Source: Hyaloraphidium curvatum SAG 235-1 (Eukaryota; Fungi; Monoblepharomycota). From it: 64,000 nt of DNA. Positions 35,701 through 46,104 of the stretch are shown in pieces. The translations under genes were made by a program, and so were the position numbers. The stretch spans positions 826,791 through 890,790 of the forward strand of contig JAIVFI010000007.1 in NCBI GenBank assembly GCA_025558095.1. The letters are read 5' to 3'. Numbering within the stretch: the first letter of the stretch is position 1; each line of letters starts with the position of its first letter. Below the pieces are notes generated by a model, which worked only from the letters and a program-made list of their open reading frames with translations, searched no databases and was not told where the DNA came from.

Positions 35701-36938
35701 TCAAAGGCCAGAGCCGCCGCGATCATGAACGACGCCTCCTCGGTGATCTCGAGCTGCATCTTGGACATCGAGATGGCGCAGAACTGGCGACCCCACTCGA
35801 GCGACTCCTCCCCCATGAGCACCGTCATCATGCTCTTGATTTTGCCGGTGGCCGGGTTGTAGATGAGGTCGAACTCGGCGCGGACGTTGTCCCAGTCTGG
35901 CCGTGGACCGCGCGGTGAATCCTCGGGTTCGCCAAACGGTCGCGATCACTAACCCTGCCGCCCCTTGAAGCTGGGATTCATCGTCCACGCCGTCGGGTCC
36001 ATCTTCCACGACGAGACGGTCTCGCCGCGGATGTGGTTCGGGGAGGGGGTGACGAGGAAGTCGGTGATCTCGAACTTGTGCGCTTTGGCGATCTCGTCGG
36101 TGCGCTGCATGGTCTCGATGATGGCATCTGGGAGAAAACGACAGTCAAGGTGCGCCTTGTGGCGATCTAGATTACCTACGCTTCGTCTTGTTGGTCCTGC
36201 CGAATCCGAAGAAGATGGTTTCCTCTGCAATCTGATTCAGCGACCTCGGCGATGTCACGATCGCCGCACCCACCTCCTTCGTCGAAGAGGTCGAGCGTGT
36301 CCGCAAAGGCGATGTTCGCTTTGCTGACGAAGGCCTGCATGAGCTCCTTGGCCTTGTTCAGATCAGCGGGATCGCGGGGGTTCGCGGCCATGCGCGACAT
36401 GAGCAGCTCCTTGACGGCGACGTCCTGGAGCTGGTCCCCGGTGACCTCGTTGACGATCTGGAACAGTAATGAGTTGAGGAGCTCCGTCCGAATGCCCGAT
36501 CAAGGCACCAACCCTTTCGACCTGGAGCGCCCCCGTGACGTAGAGCGTCGTGTTGCCGAAGAATTCTGCAAGGGAACACATCACGGATGGCCGAATAGTC
36601 GAGCTGGTACTCTCACCCTTTCTCCCGTTGCCCATGTCGGCCGTCAGCTTCCCCTTGAATCGCACGCGGTGGGGCATCGGGGGCATCCATTTGCCGACGT
36701 CCGTGGCCGGCTCTCCGATCATCTCCCAGATGGACCCCTGCGGGTAAGCCGCGAGCGAGGCTTCGAAGGCACCGGGGCCGGAGAAGGTGGCAAAAACGTC
36801 CCGGACCCCGAAGTCCGGGCCGATGAGGCCGTCGAACTTGCCCGTGGAGCCGCCCGAGGCATACGCGTTGAAGGCGGAAACGTAGCGACGGGCCAGGTCG
36901 ACGAGGTCGCGGGGATCGTCGCGCTCGACAGCAGGCAT
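35701..36938 (-). CDS. Hypothetical multi-exon protein, possibly tandem SnoaL/NTF2-like domains
   Basis: DLARRYVSAFN..FDGLIGPDF start typical of SnoaL-like folds; several short introns. Confidence 0.5.
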
Positions 36939-37083
36939 GGTGTTGGTGTGTGGGTGTTGGCGAATCGATTCGATGAGTCGACGCCGATCGTCGACGCCGC
37001 GCTGGCCAACAAGCGGCAGAACTGACTGACCCGCAACAACGGCCTCTGCGTTCCTCTCCCGCCAGTTTCTGTCGCGAATAGCA

Positions 37084-38562
37084 ATGCCTGCCGTCAAAAA
37101 CACTCGCTGGTGCGGTCTGCCGGGTCGATGGCCTGAAAGTGTCCCCGCCGACGCGTCTTCTCTGTCACCGCAGCCTCTACGTGACCGAGCCCGTGAACCG
37201 CGCTCCCGAGCTCTCGGACTTTAAGATTGTCTCCGAGGATCTCGACATCGACAATGTCGCGAAGGGCTCCGTGGTCACGGAGAACCTCTGTGCGTGTCTT
37301 TGAGGCCCGTTGCTCTTCTGTGCCGTTGACGTTCTTCTGCTCGTGGGCGTCGCCGCGTTGGCCCGGTTCAAGATGTCTCGCTGGATCCCTATCTCCGTGG
37401 CCGTATGAGGCAGGGCGTGAAGAGCTACATCCCGCCTTTCTCGCTCAACGAGCCTTTCGTCTCGCACGCTGTCTCTCGCGTGGCCAAGTCGGGAGCTGAC
37501 GGCTTCAAGGAGGGAGACCTGGTCTACCTCATGGGCTCGTGGGAATCGTACACCGTAGGCGCTTTAGTCGTGCTCCTTCCATGGCCGTGTTTGACTCCAT
37601 TTGGCCAGGTCCACAAGGATGCCTCCAAGGTGCCCCAGCTGAAGGTGCTGGAGCCGGCAAAGGGCATTCCGCTCAGCTACTACATCGGAGTGCTCGGCAT
37701 GCCCGGTACGTTCCCTTGGCGCTTGTCTCCCTGGTGCTGATCTTCTCCGCTCCAGGCATGACTGCGTGGGCCGGCCTCATGGTGCTCGCGCATCCGAAAG
37801 CAGGCGAAACACTGTTTGTTTCGGCAGCTTCGGGCGCCGTCGGGCAGGTCGTTGTCCAGTACGGCAAGAAAATGGGCATGAGGGTCGTCGGTTGCGCGGG
37901 CAGCGACGAGAAGTGCGAATGGGTCAAGAAGGAGCTCGGCGCGGACGAGTGTTTGAATGTGCGTGGGCGGTTGGAGCGCTGTGGATTGCCCTTTGACCAC
38001 CGAACTGCTCGCAGTACAAGAAGCCTCCCGGGGGAAGCATTGCCGCTGCCGTCAAGGCGGCCTGCCCCAACGGGATCGACGTCAACTTCGAGAACGTCGG
38101 CGGCGAGATCTACGAGGCCGTGCTGGCCAACATGAACAAGGGCGGACGCGTCTCCGTTTGCGGCTGGATCACTGGTCGGTCGCGCAGTTGATCGTGTCAT
38201 TCGGGTTCTCATTGAGTTTCCCAAAGACTACAACAAGAGCTCGATGGGTGGGACGCCGGAGAGGCTCGAGCAGGACCGCGTCGACAAGGATCTCGAGTAC
38301 TGCCGCTGGTTTCTCGTTTCGGCGCCCGAGTTCAAGGAGCACGTGGCCGAGCAACAGAAGAAGACCACCGAGTGGATCCTGGACGGTTCGATGAAGGTGA
38401 AAGAAGACATCCGGGACGGGCTGGAGCAGGCGCCGGCCGCTTTCATCGACATGCTCCAGGGTGAGCTGCACCGAGAGTCCATCGGAGATCTCTTCCTTAA
38501 CCGCCGAATCGCACATAGGTGGCAACTTCGGGAAGGCAGTTGTTCGGATCAAGAAGGAGTAG
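37084..38562 (+). CDS. NADP-dependent alkenal/prostaglandin reductase-like oxidoreductase (MDR)
   Basis: SLDPYLRGRM, GVLGMPG-MTAWAG, FVSAASGAVG, GIDVNFENVGG, GLEQAPAAF, GNFGK. Confidence 0.92.
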
Positions 38563-38567
38563 AAGCG

Positions 38568-39098
38568 TCAGCTTGCTGGGCGAGCTAATTTTCGCGGTGA
38601 TTGCCGTTCCTTCGCCTGTTTCCAAGTCCGGGAACCCTCGTGTTTGAGCAGCCACTCCTTCGCTTCAAGTCCGCCGGCGTAACCGGTCAGGGTGCCGTTG
38701 CTCCCCACCAGACGGTGGCACGGGATGATAATGCTAATGGGATTAGTCGCGTTCGCCCTTCCGACGGCCCTGGCGCTCGCCACGCCGAGCTCCGAGGCCA
38801 GCTGGGCATAGGTCCGTGTCTCCCCCGCTGGGATCTCCCGCAACTTCTCCCAAACGCGTCGCTGGTACGGAGAGCCTTTCGGGGCCAGCTCCAAATTGAA
38901 TTCTTTCCGCGTCCCCGCAAAGTACTCCTCCAGCTGCCTCCGTGGTTCGGTCAAGCGCACCGCGTCACGCACGGCGCCGGGGTGCCGCGCGAGTTCCCGC
39001 GTCGGATCGCGCGTGTAGAGGTGCGTGAGCGCTCCGTCGACATTGGCAATAATCAGAATCTCGCCGACTGGCGATTTCAGCGTGTCGTAGAAAGCCAT
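38568..39098 (-). CDS. ogt: Methylated-DNA--protein-cysteine methyltransferase, intronless
   Basis: QLEEYFAG, IPAGETRTY, ARAVGRAN, IIIPCHRL active site, GYAGG. Confidence 0.95.
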   Translation of the reverse strand: MAFYDTLKSPVGEILIIANVDGALTHLYTRDPTRELARHPGAVRDAVRLTEPRRQLEEYFAGTRKEFNLELAPKGSPYQRRVWEKLREIPAGETRTYAQLASELGVASARAVGRANATNPISIIIPCHRLVGSNGTLTGYAGGLEAKEWLLKHEGSRTWKQAKERQSPRKLARPAS

Positions 39099-39156
39099 TC
39101 GTTGCTTCGGCGCGAGATCGCGATCACGGCGTAAACAAGCACCAAAATCATGCCAA

Positions 39157-40539
39157 ATGGAGGCCCATGCGCCTTCCGTAGGGTCTTCCAAAGCCGCCGA
39201 AGCTGCGAACGAGGACCCATTTATTCACTGGGAAAGCGATGTCTCCGAGAACGAAGGGCTGGCAAGCGGCATCGCGCCCGAGTGCGTCATGACCGAGGCC
39301 GAGCTGCCTGCGGAGCTCGCCAGCACCGCGTCAGAGGACGAAGGAGGACATCGGCCTCTTGACGTGGTGCCGCGTCGTTTGGAATTGCATAAATCAGACG
39401 TCCGTGTTGGTTTCGAAGGAGATAGACTTCCGGACGCCGGGGGAGACACAGATTCCGATGCCTCCGTCCAGGAAGACTCTGGCTCGGACTTTGTCGACGA
39501 AGGCAGCCCTTTGCCAGAGTCATCTCATTCCTCTGACGATGCGGAAAGCGGCTCGGATTTCGAGGAACCGCGGAGGAAGAGACGCAGGACTGTTCAGAAG
39601 GCTCGCTCGCTGCCGAAGTTTCACAAGCTCCCACACGAAACCAGCGGACCGGAGGGAGTTAGCTCAGCGCCAGCAGAGCAGATGTCGGCACGTCCCGCCG
39701 TGCAGACACTACCTACGCCACCAGCAACGCCTGCTACCGTGAGGACGACAAAACCAAGAACCCGAGAAACACCGCGGGCAGGGGACGGGTGCAAGCACCC
39801 CGGCTGCCGGTATTACCGTCTGTACGGTGATCCCCAGGAGGCAAAGAAGCTGTTTTGCGTGGAGCACAAACGGCCGACCGACGTTCCCATTTATCGGAAG
39901 AGCCTTTCCGAATGTTCGCGGGCAGGGTGCACTGCGATCGGCCCTTATGTCGCGCTGGATGGCTCGGGCCCTGCCTACTGTCGCAAGCACAGGCCGGACA
40001 ATACGACACACGTGAGCAACTTGAAGAAGCTGTGCAAGACGCCGGGCTGCACGTCACGTGCCGACTACGGGAACGACGACAAGCCCGTGGCCTGCATCGC
40101 GCACATGGAGAAGGGCATGGCCTCCTACCGGAGGACGCATCGGCGCACCTGCGCCCACGAGGGATGCCCGACCATCCCGAACTACAACTTTCCTGGCGTA
40201 AAGCCACCGCTCTTTTGTGCCCGGCACGCCAAAGTCGGCATGGTTCACCTTCGAAAGGATCATTGTCAGCACCCTGGCTGCCTCATTAAGCCCTATTATG
40301 ACTTTCTCGGGGCAACGAAAGGGAAGTTCTGCAAGGCCCATGCCGAACCTGACATGATCGACGTGATGAGCCGCCTGTGTGAACATCCCGGGTGCGTCAA
40401 GGCCGCGTGGTGGGGACCGCCCGGGAAACGTGTCAAGGGTCTGAAGGGCTCGGCGAAGAGGGTTCGGTGTGGGGAATACAAGCTACCGGGCATGGTAGAT
40501 TGCACTCGGCCTGTTCCACACAACGAAGAGTCAGAATGA
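39157..40539 (+). CDS. EsV-1-7-type cysteine-rich repeat protein, intronless
   Basis: About six repeats C..PGC...P.Y...G....FC..H...M(V/I)D after an acidic N-terminus with PRRKRRR. Confidence 0.85.
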   Translation: MEAHAPSVGSSKAAEAANEDPFIHWESDVSENEGLASGIAPECVMTEAELPAELASTASEDEGGHRPLDVVPRRLELHKSDVRVGFEGDRLPDAGGDTDSDASVQEDSGSDFVDEGSPLPESSHSSDDAESGSDFEEPRRKRRRTVQKARSLPKFHKLPHETSGPEGVSSAPAEQMSARPAVQTLPTPPATPATVRTTKPRTRETPRAGDGCKHPGCRYYRLYGDPQEAKKLFCVEHKRPTDVPIYRKSLSECSRAGCTAIGPYVALDGSGPAYCRKHRPDNTTHVSNLKKLCKTPGCTSRADYGNDDKPVACIAHMEKGMASYRRTHRRTCAHEGCPTIPNYNFPGVKPPLFCARHAKVGMVHLRKDHCQHPGCLIKPYYDFLGATKGKFCKAHAEPDMIDVMSRLCEHPGCVKAAWWGPPGKRVKGLKGSAKRVRCGEYKLPGMVDCTRPVPHNEESE

Positions 40540-40593
40540 TGCGCCATGAATCCTATTAAAGGAAGTGCAATTCAAGTTTCGGACTGGCTGTGC

Positions 40594-41778
40594 CTAATGC
40601 AGCGCGCACTCTTCGCGCACCAGATCCAGATAGGTCCGCAGTGTGACTGTTCCCTGCTCTGCAGCCTCCAACCCGGTCCCCTCAAGCGCCGAAAGCTCTG
40701 CCGCGATTCGGTCAAACTTCTTCAGCGCCCGATCGGCTCCGTCGTAGAGCTTCGATGCCGCGGCATAAATGTCCGCCGCAGCGGCGGCGTCGAACTCGCC
40801 GACGAAGGCCAGCGGCTTGAAAACGCCCCGCGAGGGATCCGGCGTCCCCGTGAAGAAGTGCACGTCCTGCGCGTCGGTGCCCGGCCGCGCCAGCAAGCTG
40901 ACTTGGGCGCCGTTTGTGCGGAATCCTTCGGACGGCATGCAGATCCCCGATCTGCGGTCGCGGAGGATCGACATCATGTCATTGGGGCCAAAGGCGCCGG
41001 AAGATGACGCCTTGCGGAGGAGGTTCCAACCAGCCGATTCCCGTCCTTGGGTCTTGCGCCCCTTCGGTGGCGGCGGGTCGTCCGAGAAAGCCAGCGCAAA
41101 GTCGAGGTCGTCTTGGCCGTCGAAATACCCTGCAGCGATCGCGTATTCCCGCAAGCCAGCCGAGCAACGCTCGAACTTGGTCCGGATAGAGAGGCAGTTG
41201 GATATGTTGCGGCATCCCGAAGTGACGCGCTCCGCGGCCCACCATTTGCCGGCCGTCTCCAGCACCCAGGCTTCGGATCGGTCGGCGATCAGGAACGAGT
41301 TGTGGTAGGTGAAGCTGCCGCCGCCTTCCTCGCACGCCCCGGCCTGGCCGAACTCTTCGAGCAGCGAGGTGATGCACGACACGGCCTCTTCCGCGGTCCT
41401 GCACCTCTCCGCCGCGAGCCGCACGAGATCCATTCCCAACAGCGCCGGCGGGTCGTCGACTATCGGCTCCTTTGTCCACACAGCTTCGTTGCCAATGACG
41501 AGGCCAGCCTCGTTGGCGGCCATCTCCGCCCCCCACATCCACTTTGGGCGGGACAGCGCGACCGCGAGAGTTGAAGCAGCTTGTGGGATGGAGATATACG
41601 TGCACTGCACGGTCGATTCGGGCCCGTGCGTCGCGGCCGCGTGGACCTCGACGAGCTGTACTTCGCGGCTCGGGCGGTCCGAGTTCTTGCCAAACACGAC
41701 CCCTCCATGGGCGGTGGCCGGCGGCAGGGCGACAAAGGTGTCGCAAGAGCGCGGCGGAGGGCCCCAACGCGTCCGCAT
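40594..41778 (-). CDS. Secernin / peptidase C69 family, intronless
   Basis: SCDTFVALP, FGKNSDRP, WMWGAEM, GNEAVWT, GMDLVRL, YHNSFLIAD. Confidence 0.93.
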   Translation of the reverse strand: MRTRWGPPPRSCDTFVALPPATAHGGVVFGKNSDRPSREVQLVEVHAAATHGPESTVQCTYISIPQAASTLAVALSRPKWMWGAEMAANEAGLVIGNEAVWTKEPIVDDPPALLGMDLVRLAAERCRTAEEAVSCITSLLEEFGQAGACEEGGGSFTYHNSFLIADRSEAWVLETAGKWWAAERVTSGCRNISNCLSIRTKFERCSAGLREYAIAAGYFDGQDDLDFALAFSDDPPPPKGRKTQGRESAGWNLLRKASSSGAFGPNDMMSILRDRRSGICMPSEGFRTNGAQVSLLARPGTDAQDVHFFTGTPDPSRGVFKPLAFVGEFDAAAAADIYAAASKLYDGADRALKKFDRIAAELSALEGTGLEAAEQGTVTLRTYLDLVREECALH

Positions 41779-41942
41779 CGTGGGGAGCGCGGGGCCGGAG
41801 TTTCGTGTCGAGGGAGCACGGCTGGGCCAAGCACGACCTGGACCTTACTCATCACCTGGCAGCGAATACAGCGCTCGGGACGGCCAGCTGTGGCGAAAAT
41901 GTCCTCAAAAACACATCAAGTTCTCTCTCTCGATCGCCCACA

Positions 41943-43203
41943 TTACAGTTTGGCAGCTCCGTTGGCTGGCACGCCCGCGGCACCCGAGGCCTTCATTCTG
42001 GCCACCTCCTCCGCCGAGAATCCGAGTTCGGCGAGGATCTCGTCCGTGTGCTGTCCCAGACCCGGTGCTCTCGTCGGAGCCTTCTTGGTCACCCCGCCGA
42101 TCTCGACCGGCGTGCCCACGGTCATCCCCTTGCCTTCCGCAAACGGCCGAATCATTCCGGCCGCGCGGATCTGCTCGTCCGCAACGACATCGTCCAGGGT
42201 CGAGATCAGCCCGTAGGTTATGCCCTCGGCGTCGAATTTCTTCGCCAGCTCGGCGCGGTCGTGCTTTGCGAAGCTCTGGTCCAGGATCGCGATCATTTCG
42301 GGCGCGTGGTCCCTCCGTCCCTCCTTGGTCGAGAACCGCGGGTCCTCGAGGACCTCGGGGCACCCCAGGATCCGGCAGGCCGGAGCAATCAGCTTCTCGT
42401 TGAGGATCGACAGGTTGATCCAGCGGTTGCAGGCGCAGCGGTAGTTGTTGAACAGGGGCGAGTTGGCCTCGTGCCGCGGCTTGGGGTTGCGGATGTCCCC
42501 GTCCTCGAGCTTGCCCTGGATCAGCGACGAGTTGGACCAGAGTCCATTGGCGAGGAGGGAGGTGGCCACCACACCGCCTTTGCCCGTCCGCTCACGCAGG
42601 TAGAGACCGGTCGCAATCGAGGCATAGAGAGCAAGCGCGGTCGGGTGGTCACCCATCCCGCCGACCGAGGTGGCAGGGGCACCTTCGTAGTCGGGCTTGA
42701 CGAAGTCCTGGAGGCCAGACCTGGCCCAATCTTTGTGCGGCGCGTCAGGAGCTTCGGAAGCAGCCGAACAGCTACCAACACTCACAGGCCGTCGCGTCGA
42801 AGCCGGGCTTGTCCTTCTCCGGCCCGATTTCGCCCCAGGCCGAGACGCTAGCATAGATCAGCCGCGGGTTCAGCGCCAGCATCGACTCAGCGTCGATTCC
42901 CAGGCGCTTCCGACTCGGAAAGGGCACGTTGCAGACCAGAATATCGGCCTGCTTGGTCAGCCGCCGGAACGCTTCGCTTCCTTCGGGGCTCTTGAGATCC
43001 AGCACCAGGGACCGCCTGCTCCGCCCTTCGAGCTCGAACATCCAGGTCTGCCCGTCCGCGAGGATGGTCCGGAACGGGTCTCCTTCGGGGTTCTCCACCT
43101 TGACGACGTCGGCGCCGAAATCAGCGAGGATCGTCGACGCCGACGGTCCCGCGATATAGGTCGCGCAGTCAATGACCTTCAGGCCAGCAAACGGGAGCGA
43201 CAT
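41943..43203 (-). CDS. Class III CoA-transferase (CaiB/BaiF)
   Basis: LADFGADVVKVE..GDP.R, LNPRLIYASVSAWG, KPGFD, APGLGQHT; one intron; ends in AKL. Confidence 0.93.
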
Positions 43204-43635
43204 CGCGGCGGCACGGACGGCAGCGGCAACGCGCAGTGGTGCTGTGAGGTAGAATGGGCAAAGTGAAGTGGGAGAAGGGGAGGGAGGCAGCCGAAGGGAG
43301 GCAGGAGAGCCGGAGGGAGGCAGCCGAAGTGGGAGACGCTGCCTACAGAATCGGGGCCACGCAGCTCAGGTCCCACGATGTGCGAACGAATGGCCTCCGA
43401 GAAAAGAGATTCGCTCCACGCCGCGGCCAAAGAGTAGCAGCGGTCGTGTGCAGAGCGGTAATCGCTGGCCACCTCGGCTCAAGCTGGCCGCGTGCTTTGC
43501 CACCAGGCCCAACTCACCATCGACGTTGGCGACGCAAAGCAGCGTGGATGGAGTGAGTATTTGACAAAGCTTGACAGAGTCATTACATGAAGAAGTTAGT
43601 AGCCCCTGGTCTCCACCCGTGCCGTCAGTATGCCG

Positions 43636-44984
43636 TCAGTATGGCCCATCTCCCACCGCCATCGCCTCGCACACCCGCCCCGGCCGCACGTACCCCAGGA
43701 GGTCGAAATCCGGCCCGTACCAGTCCATCAGCGCGCCCGCGCACGGCTCCGAGTCCAATTCTTTGACGACCCCGTTTGCCCTCGCCTCGGCTTCCTGCAC
43801 CTTTTGGGGATCGGGATGGTCCGCCTGCGCATTGATCCTCACGTTGCGCGCCGAGTAGAGCGGCAGCGCGGGATACGACATGTTCCGGCCGGCGTTGATG
43901 GAGTGCACCACGGCATCCATGTCCGCCGCTAGGGATTCGACCCGGACGACGTAGTCCACGATGCAGCTCCGACTATGGGCGTCGCAGATAGAGCCGGTCT
44001 GCGCTGCCCAGTGCACGTTGGGCGCGTCCGTGATGTTGCCCTCGCTGCATAAGCCACCGCCGGCGTCCGGATTTCTGCACCAATCCTGAACGGCTATGGT
44101 CTTGCCACAGTAATTGAAGCTGCTGGCCGCGCGGTCGATGGGATCCCGCACAGACGTAAACACGTAGTACTGCAGCCACTTGTGGCGCGGGATGCGGTGG
44201 CAGGCATAGTAGTCCGAATCCAGCGGCGTGTACTGTGTCTCGGTGCAGCTTTCGGAGAAGGGAGCGTGGAAGAAGACGGATCTCCCGGATTCGCCGGCCT
44301 TGACGGGGCAAACGGCCGGCCGCAGGAAGCCAGGACCCATGGACGAGCTCCCCGCTTTGGCCATCTTGACCATGATGAACCTGTGTGACGGGCGAGGGCA
44401 GACTTAGGACGCCTCCGCAACGTCAACCCCGGCCAAACAGCTGCGCACCTGTATGCGTCCGAGAAGTGGCACGATGCGGCCTGCGGATCGTGCCACACGC
44501 TATTCCATGATGCGGACGCCTTCCAAAAAGGTGGCATCGCCGTGTCGAACAGGGGTATGTGCTTGTGCACGTTGCAGATACCGAATCCGAGAGACGGGCA
44601 GGACCGGGGATCCCCAACGACGGGCGGTTCAACCCCGGTCGCAGGACCGCCCACGCATGCGGAAACTGTTCCTAGCACATGCTGTTCCAAAGGGCCGCGG
44701 GTGGCAAGGAAGATGGCCTTGCGCCGGGGGGCTGCGAGGAGCTGCCGGGGCAGCGGCGCCAGCTGCTTCTCTGCCTCGTCCGAGAGCCGCGACAGCGACA
44801 CGAGGAAGCCGCATGCACACACCGCGACTGCGACTGCGGCGAGCCACCGGATGGGAGGGTGCCAGACGGCGCGCCCATCCGGCCGCGGCGACAAGGGGAG
44901 CGCCAGAGGCATCGACCCCGGCCGGACCCCGGCTACAGCCCTGGCAGCCCCGTCGCACCCTTCCGGGACGCCCTCGAGGGCCAC
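43636..44984 (-). CDS. Type II membrane sulfotransferase (Sulfotransfer_2-like); start uncertain
   Basis: TM anchor, KMAKAGSSS (5'-PSB-like), SVRDPIDRAASSFNY (3'-PB), VDYVVRVE, YGPDFDLLGY. Confidence 0.75.
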
Positions 44985-45531
44985 GAAGAGGTGACGGGGT
45001 GCCAGGTTTCAGCCAGAGGCGATGCCCCTTGGAGCGGCGAACTTTGCGTGCTACAAGGCTATCTGAGTGAGTTCCCCAGTCCCCCGCCGACCGACCGGAG
45101 GGATGCCGCACCACCAGCCCCATCTGCGCCCTGACGCCAGCATTGAGCGTCCTAAATCCTATTCGGGACTGACGGAAACTGCAATTCGCTCTTGTCGACG
45201 GAGCACTACGCAGGCTCCCAACAACTCTCTAGCTCGGCTTGGGCTGACTCAATGCGCCCCGATCTCGATCCTCTAGGCGTCGTGGATTAAAATCGTGCGC
45301 ATACAGTGCCGGCGGATGCTGGTGATTTGCCACTGTTTTGATGCGTAGTGGAGTATGCTTCGTGTGAGCGGATCGCGTGTATGGTGCGCGAGCAAGGCAG
45401 AGTCCGTCACGGTGCTGCGTTCGGCTGAGAGGAGAGACTTGACGCCTGCACATGCACCGTGCCATTGCGTTGTCTCTGGACGCGAACTGCCCATCCACGA
45501 TCATGGTCACGTATCAAACCATCACGGGAGC

Positions 45532-45597
45532 ATAGAGGAAACTATGACTTGTACGGCGTTGGGGATAGAGGAAACTATGACTTGTACGGCGTTGGGG
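45532..45597. repeat. Perfect 33-bp tandem duplication
   Basis: ATAGAGGAAACTATGACTTGTACGGCGTTGGGG x2. Confidence 0.95.
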
Positions 45598-46104
45598 AAC
45601 CGACGTGCCAGACGCTCCTGTATGCGTGTCCACGGGGCAAGCGGGTTCAAAGTGTACAGCTCGTGACAAGGATGAATTATGTTCGTGGCATGTCCTGTCG
45701 AAGCTTGTGGCTTCCGCCGTGCCGGCCGGAGACCGGGTTTCAGGCTGAAGGGTTTCTCCGGCGCTGACCCGCCCGTGCCGGACTTTCCCTCAACCGGCCT
45801 TGCGGCTCCCGCCATCTCCCACCTCTCCCACCCCCCGCGGGTCGTCGCACGCACACGTACGTCTTCTCCCTGCCGACACACCGCCCGCGGCCTCACGCTC
45901 CCGCCTCGTTTGCTTCCGTCTTGCCGTTCCGATACCAAATCCCCTCGAACCCGCGGCCCCGCCTCCCTCCTCTCCCACCTCCGGTGGCTCGTCGCCTACC
46001 TCGTTTCCCTTACTTCCTGCGGTCTCCGACGCCGAATTGTCTTGAACCGGCGGCCTCGCGCTCCCAGTTCCCTACCCTGCGTCCTACCAACTCCAGAGAC
46101 AACG

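Noticed and set aside
45532-45597. 33-bp repeat as a CRISPR array
   Set aside because: Two adjacent copies, no spacer, no cas genes, eukaryotic context
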